A stretch of DNA of 58,366 nucleotides, filler included, from Sphacelaria rigidula (Eukaryota), in the NCBI GenBank assembly GCA_964200075.2. It is 6 parts of 6 records of this genome, joined end to end, with 100 filler letters (N's around TTAATTAATTAA, not from the genome) between each part and the next. Parts side by side here need not be neighbours in the genome. Positions count along the whole stretch, not along the records: positions 1 to 9,645 come from CAXNAA020008045.1; 5 more parts are not named here. The stretch is one strand, 5' to 3'. Both the position numbers and the translations under genes were made by a program. Shown here one piece after another: positions 1 to 9,745 of this stretch; the stretch's first letter is position 1, and every line of letters starts with the position of its first letter. A model generated the notes under the pieces. It had not been told where the DNA came from and searched no databases. It worked only from the letters and a program-made list of their open reading frames with translations.

Positions 1-410
1 GAGGCCAGTGGATTCTGGAGAAGTCCCTCACTGAATAGCCCTCTTGTCCAGATCGTCTGGCAGAGGCTATAGCCGCCACGCCTATCGAACACCTCCGCCC
101 CTTTCCCGACACCCAGTTGCCATTCAGCCAGGTTCTTCGCGGCAGTGATACAGTATTGTGAATATGTGACTTTTGGACGTGGACGGACAATTGTTTTTCG
201 TCCTCCTTTCGATGAACAGCCTCCAGCGCTCGCAGGATGACTTGGAGGCGGTCGGTCCCCCCAGTGCTCGGAGGACTGATCACCCTCGTTGTACCCTTGT
301 GCTGCCAGCCATCCGGACGTGATGCGCTTCCGAAGACCTGTTTCGTCCCACCGGACAAAGACCTGTGACGAAATCACGCCGTTACGTTTAGTTGATACTG
401 GTGATCTAGA
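1..410 (+). mobile_element. Probable truncated 5' LTR and primer-binding site of a Ty3/Gypsy element
   Basis: Non-coding region upstream of gag, followed by TGGTGATCTAGA at 399 (TGG-initiated, PBS-like). Its start resembles the start of contig 6 (gaggccag...agtccctc). Confidence 0.4.
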
Positions 411-1020
411 CAATGACCGGAGACACGGGGATGATACCCTGACGGGTCTATGAAGCTGTGCCTGCAAGGGCATTCCGGAGAATGAAATAATGTTGTAAAG
501 GCTGACAACTGAAACTGAGACGAGTGAGACGGGGGAGTCCCTCAAACAGCAGTGATCCAGCAATTCTTCTGGCTGGCGTCACAATATCGATATTAGTGCT
601 AGTACCTAACGGAACCTGCTGGAAGAATTTCGGCGGAAGAGTCTGGAAGCTGGGGACAACCTGATTCATCACGGATGTGTGGAGGGGGTTCAAGCTGAGG
701 TGACTGCAGGAAGGCGGCTGGCCTGTGATTGATCCAGGCTGGAAATTTGCTGAAGCTGCGTGCAGCGGGAGTTTGGAGGCTCTTACGACTGTTCGATGCG
801 GCTACGCAGGAAGGGTGAAGTGTGCAGTTCGCGACGATCCGCTAGCCTGCGAAAGGTTCGCAGATCCCCGACTGCCGCTACGGCGACCGACTCGCGTGCT
901 GCGTCCAGCATGATGCCCATGGTTATGCGGGAAGAAGTGCGACCTCCCCAATACGGGGATAGGCACTCCGAGAGTGCATCTCGCAATTTCTAAACCAAGT
1001 ACTCGGAGTACAAGAAGCGT

Positions 1021-1830
1021 GTGGAGCACGCTAACGCAGTGGGTGCTGTACGGCATCAGGTGGTGTCGATGGCTCAACAAGTGCCAACGCATGTGCACAG
1101 AGTTTTTGCCCATTTGGAACATGGTGAGAGCACAATCACTCCGCCGCATTCGGTTGCGGCGATCAAAAAGCATGCTGGGCATGCGGCGGGCGCCGCGGTG
1201 GAGCTGACCCAAGCGTCTGCGGCCGTAGCGCGAGCTGTCGCCATATATTCTCGGGAAAAGACAGTGCTAGAGCGGGTGGAGCCGATCTTGTCAAATCTGG
1301 AGAAGTACTTCACGAAAAATCCAAACGTTGAACTGGTATATCGTCCCCCCTATAGTGAGTTTATTCCGGGCCCTGCTGCAGTAATCACCAAGGCTTTGAA
1401 GGAGGGGTTGGCGCCGGCAAAATTTAAGCAAGCCGTGCTCGTCAAGTTGCAGCACGAGACCAACTGTAAGGCCGACCCCTACCTTGTAATGGACACCGTC
1501 GTGGCCGAGGCCAAGGAGTGGCGGAAGATAGAGGTGTTCAGCCAGTCGCCCACCTCCTCGCCGAAGTCTTTGCGCCACCACGGCTCAACATCGACCGGCC
1601 GCGCCGCGGCCATCACTTGCCACCGCTGTGGCCAGGTCGGCCATTACGCGCGCGATTTCCCAACGTCTTCCGGTGGGGAGTCTGGGCAGTCTCATGCCGC
1701 GCGCCATCAGCATCATCAGCACAAGGGCAAAGGACGAGGTGGTCGGGGTGGTGGCGGCGGCGGATCCTCCGGCGGTGGATGGTTGCAGTCAAGTTCTCAG
1801 CAGCAGCACCAGCAGCACCAGCAGGGGTAG
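1021..1830 (+). pseudogene. Gypsy gag with degenerate zinc knuckle
   Basis: CHRCGQVGHYARDF matches CX2CX4HX4C with the last Cys lost, followed by a Gly/Gln/His-rich tail; lies upstream of protease and RT. Confidence 0.85.
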
Positions 1831-1901
1831 GGGCAGCGGCGTTGGCATGGGTCTGGTTCTGGGTTCGGCTCCGCCGTGCTGCTACGCAACGGGCGGTGTG
1901 A

Positions 1902-2603
1902 GTGGGAACGACTTTTACAGTGTCGAACATTGCGCCGGCGCCGGTGGTGGCGACGCCGGCAGCAGCGCCAGGCGCGACGCCTGCTGATGCGCTGGTCGGA
2001 GTTTCGCCAAATTCTTGGTCTTCTGGCCGGGGATTTTACCCGCCGGCGATACCATTTGAACTTGCCGGGGCGTCTTCGCCTATGCAGCCTGCGCAGCCGT
2101 GGCGTCGAGTGAAATTAGCGGCGCATCGGTCGGCGGATGAAGTGCCAGTGAAGTTTGCGGACAAGTACGTTCCTACGGAGCTATTTCTTCCAAATCAACG
2201 GAAGCGTGGAGCCATCGCGGTTCGGGCTATGCTGGATTCTGCCGCCCACTTCACGAGTCTGTCGGTGAAGATTGTAGAGATGTTGGAGCGTCTTCTCCCG
2301 GGTGTGCCGCTGCCCATTCCGTTTTCCCTCGGGGCGCGGCAGGGCGTCACCGCGTCGGATCAGCATGTTTCCGTCACGGAGCGTACTGTTCCGCTGCAGT
2401 CGGCTTTCACGACTGAATGGGGACCGGCGCCGTTGCCTCCGACCTCGTTTTCGATCATACCGGGGTCGGATGACGTCATTCTTTTAAAGTTGCCGACGCT
2501 TCAGGATCTTGGAGTTCCTGATGATACGAGAGTTGTGGGACTCCATGAAGACGCGGATGTCTCCGCCTGGTCCACGCGTGGAGACGCCCGCCTTTTTGGG
2601 TAG
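1902..2603 (+). pseudogene. Gypsy aspartic protease region (frameshifted)
   Basis: AVRAMLDSAA resembles the retropepsin LDSGA motif; DDVILLKLPTLQDLG resembles the C-terminal 'ilG.p.L..lg' motif. Confidence 0.75.
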
Positions 2604-2869
2604 TCATCGCGGGAGCTTATCGGTGGATGCTTTCCCGGAGGCTAGGGCAGGTGACCGAGGAGCGGGATGAGGCGGTGAAACGCTTGGCGGAGCGCGGCCC
2701 GGAGATGTTCATGGATCGGCGGAAGAGGAGTCCACTCGGAAGGTCGCGCTGGAGGAGAGTGTGACGGATGCTGTGGCGAAAGGCCTGAGCGTCTCAGAAG
2801 CGGAGCGCCTGCGCGGCACCGCGTCAACGCGTTTCGTCGTGCGCTGCGGGGTAATCCCCCTGCGCGAGC

Positions 2870-4370
2870 GGAGCCCATGCATGTTCAGCTATAACCTGGG
2901 GCGTCCGCGGTGAAGATGAAGCCGCGGCGGTACGACCCGGTGAAGTCGAGCTGGTTGGCGTCGTGCATGGTGGCTCTTTTGGCGCTCGGGTTGGTGTTAC
3001 GGAACTTTCGAGCGGTGCGGTCCAGTCCAGCTATGGCGATTTCAAGAAAGGACTCGTTCCGCCTGGCAAGCGACTACAACGCCGTGAATGAGCAGGTTGA
3101 GAAGTCGCCGGGTGTGATGCCCGACCAAGAGTCGGACATGCTTGATCTGCTGAGTGCTCGTTTTTTGGCAAGTTGGACCTCCTGCAAGGTTACTGGCAGG
3201 TGCCGTTGGCGGAGGAGACGCAGAAGATTTTCGCCATCACGACTTCCTTTGGCTTGTTTATCCCGAAGCGAATGCCGCAAGGTGTGCTGAATGCCGCGGC
3301 ATATTTCCAAGGTATCAAGGCAGAACTTCTCGTCGGCTTAACATGAAATATATGGGTGGATGATCAGTTTTTTTTCGCGGACACGGAAGACGAGCTTTTA
3401 GACACGCTTGATGCTATCGTGGCTCGTTTAGAGAGTGTTGGCTTGTTTGCGGCTGCGCACAAGTGTACCTTTTTCGCTAGTGAGCTCGTGCGGTGTAGGA
3501 AGTGACTCACTCGGGCGCGTATCTCATGACCCTGTCAGAATGCAAGGCTTGTTTGATATGCGGCGCCCGGAGACGGCCGCAGAACTCATGCAATTCCTTC
3601 AGGCCGTGAACTGGACGCGTACCTTGTTGCCGCGTATGGCGGAAATCGTAGCTCCCCCTCGCGTTTTTTCCTCGTAGAACTCATGGCGGGTGCTGCGAGG
3701 CGGACGAAGCTTGTGGAAAAAAAACGCGCTATTCCGCCTGCATCTTGGACGGAGGGCAGGCTGGAGACGTGAGCGGCAGCGAAGGATTTAGTGGCCCATG
3801 CCGAGACGCTTTTCCATCCCCGTCCTGATTGTCAGTTCTTGATGTTTCCGAACGCTTCTGAGAGCCATTGGGACAGTTTTGTCACGCAGGTGCCTGAAGT
3901 TGAAATGAAACGACGCTTGCCGGTCGAGGATATGACGCATGAAGTGCTGGCTTTCTTCAGTGGTAGTTTCCAGGGTTCGCAGTTCCGTTGGGCCACAATT
4001 GACAAGGAAGGTTTTACTATCGTGAGCACTTTTCTTCCTTTGGAGAATCGTTTGTGGGATGGCGTGCACATTTCCACAGATCACCGACATCTCGTGTATA
4101 TTTTCAACCCGGAAGCGTGCGTTACGTCTGTGTCGAAGGCGTTTGCACAACATTTGGAGGCTTGAAAAGGTGTTCTTGGCAGTATCGTTACTCGATTTGC
4201 CACTTGTCAGGTGACCGTAAGGCGTGGGGTGACTTGCTTTCGCGTTGGGTGAATATTCCGGCGTTGCCTGTGCGCGCTTTGGCTGTGTATGGTCCGAATG
4301 AACCTGATGACTCGATGCCGTCCAAATCTGTTGTCCACCAAGCACAGCGGCAAGATATTGGGGCCGAAGA
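2870..4370 (+). pseudogene. Gypsy reverse transcriptase and RNase H (multiple frameshifts and stops)
   Basis: FRLASDYNAVN, LDLLQGYWQVPL...MPQGVLNAAAYFQG, catalytic IWVDD at about 3350-3364, LMQFLQAVNW, RNase H WATIDKEGFTIV and TDHRHLVYIF. Truncated by a LINE at about 4370. Confidence 0.9.
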
Positions 4371-5520
4371 TACGGATGTGCAGCTGGCGTCACAGACCTC
4401 TCCGAAACAGGGTTGACACATGCAGATGGTCGTTTCGATACGCTTACAGTTGGTCATCTCGAGGACGGCTTTGTATGGAAGAGTCTTGCGTCCAGTGCGA
4501 TGCCTCCTACGGAGTCCAATTGGTCTGTGATGGGCAGGACACAGGCTTTCGAAGTCTTCTGGGCGCAGCGTCATTGCAGCACGTCCGTATAGAACAACTT
4601 CTACAACCTCCGCCTTGAGCAGCCAAATTTCCAACAAGAGTCGGGTATTGGATCGATCGTATGATTAGGAACTATACCTTCGGAGGCGTGCCCATGCCGC
4701 GCGAATACGGCGCTTGATTTCGATGGAAATATTCACGTCTGTATTGACGGCATCACCGAGGTAGAGAAGCTCGGACGTGTGGTTGTACAGTTGGCCTGCC
4801 GTCTTGATGTGCAGTGTGGTCTCTGGGGAGCTGGGCACCGACCACAGGGGTTTGCATTCTACTTTCTCCTGCGATGCCGTAAACCTCAACCTCTGACAGG
4901 CCACCACCATCACAGCCATCATTATCCCAGCAAGTCCTTCTGGGGACATTGAGGTTATGTCTACGTCATCTGCGTATAGCTCTCCCCACACGGTGCGCTA
5001 CACCCTCGCCAGGGCGTCTCGGCCAGAGAACTACCATCCTCAGACTTCGGCGCATCACCTATACATACCAAGTCTGAGACGTTGATCGGGTCTATCGCAA
5101 AACGCTGTAAAATCATGTCAAGGATTGTGAGCGGTAGCGGGGACGGCATGCATCCTTGCCCGAGTCCCTGGCAGCCGTGAACCCCTCTGATAATTTCTCC
5201 CATCCGGCTGTACCCGAGCTCACATGCCATCGTGGAATATACGGATGATCTTGATCATCCGCGGCGGGATTCTGAAACGGGTGAGTACTTCTCATAGGAG
5301 CTTGTGGTCGACGGAGTCGTATGCCTTCCGCAGGCCGATGAAACAAATGATTCAGCGAGACTTTGCTGGTCCGTTCAACCTCCTGCAGTCTGCGTCCTAC
5401 GAATATCATATCGGTGGTCGATCGTTGATGCCGGAGTCCGCACTGCTATTCCGCGAAGATTTCTTCTCTCCTCGCAAAAACTACCGAGCCTCTTGGCTAC
5501 GATTTTGAGGAGGGATTCAC
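4370..5520 (-). mobile_element. Decayed RTE-like LINE RT fragment interrupting the Gypsy pol
   Basis: Minus-strand frames give GLGQGCMPSPL, LYADDV, IKRRIRAAWARLRRYS and LKAEVVEVVLYG, which are non-LTR RT and C-terminal motifs. Confidence 0.85.
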
Positions 5521-6399
5521 AAGTGTATGCATCTAAAAGAAATTGAACACTGTATAAGTACCACACGCACCCGCATCGACCGTGTTCGTTGGGTGGTATC
5601 GATGGCGTTCTGACAGCGAGCAAACTGCCGGGAATCGGTTGTATGACCAATATGTTGAACGACGGAAAAAAACGTCGTTTGATGTTAATCATCGCTCTCC
5701 CTTCCACATTCTCCATGCTGAACCATCTGTACCGAACCAGACGGTCGATGTGACCACCTGTCCCCCGAATCACACACATCGGTGCCATTTCCGCAGTGTC
5801 ACTCTTTTCATACCGAGATATTACGGTCTCGCTGACGGTATGAGGAGTCGCACTACTTGCGCGTGTGTCTGTGTGTGCGTGCGTTTTAGCTTTGCGCGGC
5901 GGTTACGCGGCGATCCTCTAAGTACACTTCACGCGCCACCCCAGCGACAACGGCATTCACATCTTTTGGCAACGTCTTTCCTACCGACGAGCAACGTTGA
6001 CGTTCGCATGTATGACTACGGGAGAAGATATCCCCCAGAATAAAACCACCTGAACGCGGCACAAGTACCGCCTGCTCAATTTGGATACTCGTCGTTGACT
6101 GGCGTCGCGAACTGGTCGTGTATGTTGTTGGTGTGGGCACCTTCTTGGGTTATATGTGGTCTTCTTCCTCACTTGGAGATAACTAAAACTTCGAATTTTC
6201 TCACTAGCGGCGGGTGGAGGAGTATCTGGCATTCTAGTCTACGGGTGCACCTCAGGAAAAATCATCAAAAACAATGTTTTCGTGAGCTTGAGAGTTCAAT
6301 ATATGATTCAGAGTGACCTTTTCCCCGAACGGCGGTGGCATTCACCTTTCAAATTGTTACACGACACGTTAGCTTCTAGCATAATAAGAGGCCCGTTGA

Positions 6400-7119
6400 C
6401 CCTTAGAGCAGTAGACCTGATGAAATATTCGTACACGATGATCGACAGGGATGACTACTCGATTTTAGATGTGATGAAGTTCTGACAAAAAGTGTGGTTT
6501 GGGGTAGGTGAGCAGTGGACCCAGCTCGTCCAGAACGTGCTTTTGTCGAAATCGGCGCCTGCCGCGACGATTCGAAGTCTGCCAACGCACACTTTGCCTA
6601 GGGGAAACCATGCACCCTCCTCGCCCGAGGGTCTCGTGCGCCTCGGGTCGGGGTTAGTGTTAGGATTAGGCTTACTTTTAGTCTGTAACATTCGATGATG
6701 TTCCCCATCAACCATTATCTACGAACATTTCTTCAGGCCCCCTCCGTCAGACCGCGAGGGTAGGTCACCTGCTGAATCGGTATTGCTTTTCACTTGAAAA
6801 AAGTATGCGTGATCCAGATGGACTACCCGGATCGTACCGGTCGCCGTGGTGGCTCAGTTGGTAGCCTTGGATCCTTCTGACAGTTGGGTCGTGGGTTCAA
6901 ATCTCGTAGCGATCTGGGATTTTTTCTCACACCCACCATGCCCAACAGTGGAAAGCGACTATGTCGTGGGTACACAAATTCGACTTAATGGTTGACGAGG
7001 GAAAGGGACTGCTGACCCCCTCTCGCGATAAAAAAGGAAAGGCAAGCACCGCAGAAGGAAGATGAAGTACCAAAAACAAATGGGACGACAACACACACAC
7101 CCGAATCACGGTCTAAGGG
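6400..7119. mobile_element. piggyBac-like non-autonomous element, unit 1 of a tandem chain, carrying a SINE
   Basis: Begins ttga|CCCTTAGA and ends TCTAAGGG|caaa. Internal modules recur at 7124-7568 and 9405-9645. Confidence 0.6.
6834..7099 (+). mobile_element. tRNA-derived SINE with (CA)n tail
   Basis: A box TGGCTCAGTTGG, B box GGTTCAAATC, tail acaacacacacac and an approximate TSD acccggatc/acccgaatc. Related copies at 28671, 26080 and 47675. Confidence 0.75.
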
Positions 7120-7123
7120 CAAA

Positions 7124-7568
7124 CCCTTTGACCGCGAGGGTAGGTGACCTACTGAATCGGTACCAATATTCACTTGAAAAAAGTATGCGTGATCCAGATG
7201 GACTCTCCAGTGGACCTTACGAAATGTACATGAACAATGGTTGGTACTCAATTTTACTTGATTTCATAATGAAGAAAGTTCTGAGAACGTTTATGGTCTG
7301 GGGCAGGTGAGCAGTGGCGAGCAGTAGACCCAGCTCGCCCAGAACGTGTTTTGGCCCAAGATCGGCTGAAAGGCGTCGATTTGAGCTCTGGCAACGCACG
7401 TTTTGCTCAGGGAACACTTCGCACCCCCCCTGCTCAAGGGCTCTCGGTATGCCTTGGGTCGGGGTCAAGGTCAGCGTTAGGGTTGGCAGCATCTCTATAG
7501 TATCAACCATTGTTTACGTACATTTCCTCAGGTCCCCTCGATGGACTACCTGTACCGGGGTCAAAGGG
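7124..7568. mobile_element. piggyBac-like non-autonomous element, unit 2
   Basis: CCCTTTGACC ... GGTCAAAGGG|ttaa terminal inverted repeats. Confidence 0.65.
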
Positions 7569-7572
7569 TTAA

Positions 7573-7670
7573 CCCTTAGACCGCGAGGGTAGGGCATCTG
7601 AATCACGCATACCTTTTCCAAGTGAAGTTGATGCCGATTCAACCGATGACCTACTCTCGTCGTCCAAGGG
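7573..7670. mobile_element. 98-bp piggyBac-like MITE, unit 3
   Basis: ttaa|CCCTTAGACCGCGAG ... CCAAGGG|tcaa; same length and family as 35231-35328. Confidence 0.7.
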
Positions 7671-8454
7671 TCAAGTTCCGGCTCGAATCTTTCCTTGGTC
7701 TGAGATTCGAAATATTGCTAACGACCATCGTACACCTGCACCCGCCACCTGGTCAACAACACGCCGTTCGTGTGTGCAACCATTTCATAATATGTAGCCC
7801 AACAACGGATCGAAAAATATTCGGAACCAATGAAAACCCAATCCTTGGGCTCCGGAGCGCAATTTTTTCTTCTATTAAAGGAAAAATTGACGGTGGTGAG
7901 CATTCACTTCTTAGGAAAGGTACCCGACCGGGAAGGTACCCTATCATTGTACAGAATAATCGGAATAACTTCGTGATTACGTGCCGGTTTCACGATTTCA
8001 CCTATTGGATGACTGTCGATAGAGTATGGTTGATTTGTTCGAAAATTTGCACAACAAGTACTTCAGCGATATCAAAATCTCTAATTCGAACAAGTGCACG
8101 TAGAAGATTCGTAGTCAGGTGGCATGAGCCTTGCACCTACTGTTGGGAACATACGCTGGGATGTCACTTCTGATCATCAAGGAGGCGGCCGATCGACGGA
8201 GGCTAGTTAACCATCGCTGGGCTACGTCCATCAGAATTCCTGAATGATCAGATTCCGTCAACGCCTCGGGAAGCATGATCCCTTCCTGCCTCCAGCTGTA
8301 AAATTTATCCCTTGTTCGACCACCAGGGTGGGCATTCTTGAAATGAAAATTGTGCCGAAGAAACAGAGGACCGACTCTCGGTGTGACACGTTCTCCATGT
8401 TCTTTCAAACAACAGCGGACGGATGCTGTAGGGCTTCCGGATATAACCATCCTT

Positions 8455-9216
8455 GGGCTACGTTTTAGAATGCTTGACATGATTTTACAAGTTTCGCTAC
8501 CCTTACCCTTAACCCTAAACCCGACCCAACGGGCACCGAGAACCCTTGGGCGAGGGCGGAACATGCATTCCCTAGGCAAAGTGCGGCATTGGTAGACCCT
8601 GTGACTATTTATAGGCAACCGATTAGACTACCGTACAGTCAGCGCTGACTGTACGGTAGTCTAATCGGTTGCCTATAAATAGTCACAAAATTTAGTCGCT
8701 GGTTCGATTCCCGTCGGGCGCACTTTATTTGAAGAAGAAGAAGAAGACCTACCTCCGGTAAAAAGAGGGTGATGGGGGAGGGTCCAATCCCCGAGTTGAC
8801 TGCTAGGGACTCCAGTGCACACACTCTGAGAATGAATGGGGGAGACGAGTAACTCCGAATGGATACGTGTGGCAACATTAGACCGATACCGTGAGGGCGA
8901 ACAGTTGAACAGCGCTCGCAAGGGAAGTCGCCCTCCTCGGAGTGAAAGTGACGGGGATCGAACCCCCACGACTAACTTTTGCGACGATTTATAGACAACC
9001 GATTAGACTCCCGTACAGTCAGCGCTGACTGTACGGTAGTCTAATCGGTTGCCTATAAATCGTCAGAACCCCAAATCGGCCCTGTGGCGCCGATCTCAAC
9101 GAATAACGCGTTCAGTACGCACACGGGGAGCACACGGGACCGTCAGCCACAATGAATTCCGCTCCTCGTGGTTCACACTCAATCCGTGAAATATCAACCA
9201 TTCTAAAACGTAGCCC
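8455..9216. mobile_element. MITE with GGGCTACGTTTTAGAATG TIRs (Harbinger-like ends), interrupted by a palindrome-capped insertion
   Basis: Inverted termini at 8455 and 9216 and an internal TAACCC-like tract. A partial inverted sister copy at about 9236-9392 lacks the insertion. TSD not clear. Confidence 0.65.
8600..9064. mobile_element. Insertion with palindromic termini and inward-facing tRNA-like A/B boxes
   Basis: Perfect 88-bp palindrome at 8600-8687 and a near-identical palindrome at 8983-9064. Each leads inward to a GGTTCGAT(T/C)CCC B-box. Confidence 0.7.
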
Positions 9217-9404
9217 GATGCCGGTAAACTCTACTGCACAGGCGCCGATTTGGGCTCCACCAAGGCCACACGTTCCCTGGGGAATGTGCGTTCCACCCTT
9301 GCCCGAGGGTTCTCGGTGTGCGTTGGGTTGGGGTCAGGGTTATAGGAGTAGCGATACTTGTGAAATCGCATCACCTATTCTCAAACGCAGCCTAACGACG
9401 GTTA

Positions 9405-9645
9405 ACCCTTAGACCGTGGTGCGGGTAGTCCATCTGGATCACGCATACTTTATTCGAGTGAAAATTGATGCCGATTCAGCAGGTGACCTACCCTCGCGGT
9501 CTAACGGAGGGGGCCTGAGGAAATGTACGTAAACAATGGTTGATACTATAGAGATGCTGCCAACCCTAACGCTGACCTTGACCCCGACCCAAGGCATACC
9601 GAGAGCCCTTGAGCAGGGGGGGTGCGAAGTGTTCCCTGCGCAAAA
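9405..9645. mobile_element. Truncated piggyBac-like non-autonomous element
   Basis: ttaa|CCCCTTAGACC start; 9510-9645 is a near-identical reverse complement of 7401-7537. Confidence 0.6.
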
Positions 9646-9745
9646 NNNNNNNNNNNNNNNNNNNNNNNNNNNNNNNNNNNNNNNNNNNNTTAATTAATTA
9701 ANNNNNNNNNNNNNNNNNNNNNNNNNNNNNNNNNNNNNNNNNNNN
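9646..9745. other. Artificial contig linker (N + TTAATTAATTAA + N)
   Basis: 100-bp spacer with stops in all six frames. Confidence 0.98.

Noticed and set aside
1828-1830. Programmed stop readthrough between gag and pol
   Set aside because: The TAG lies in a CAG-rich tract of an element with many other lesions, and the protease is in a different frame; a point mutation is simpler.
6840-6915. Functional tRNA genes (also 28672-28745, 40985-41045, 55320-55350)
   Set aside because: Only A/B-box-like motifs are present with no convincing cloverleaf; the first two continue into a repeated SINE body.
9690-9701. TTAATTAATTAA as a biological palindrome or piggyBac site
   Set aside because: It is embedded in Ns and identical in all five gaps, so it is an assembly linker.
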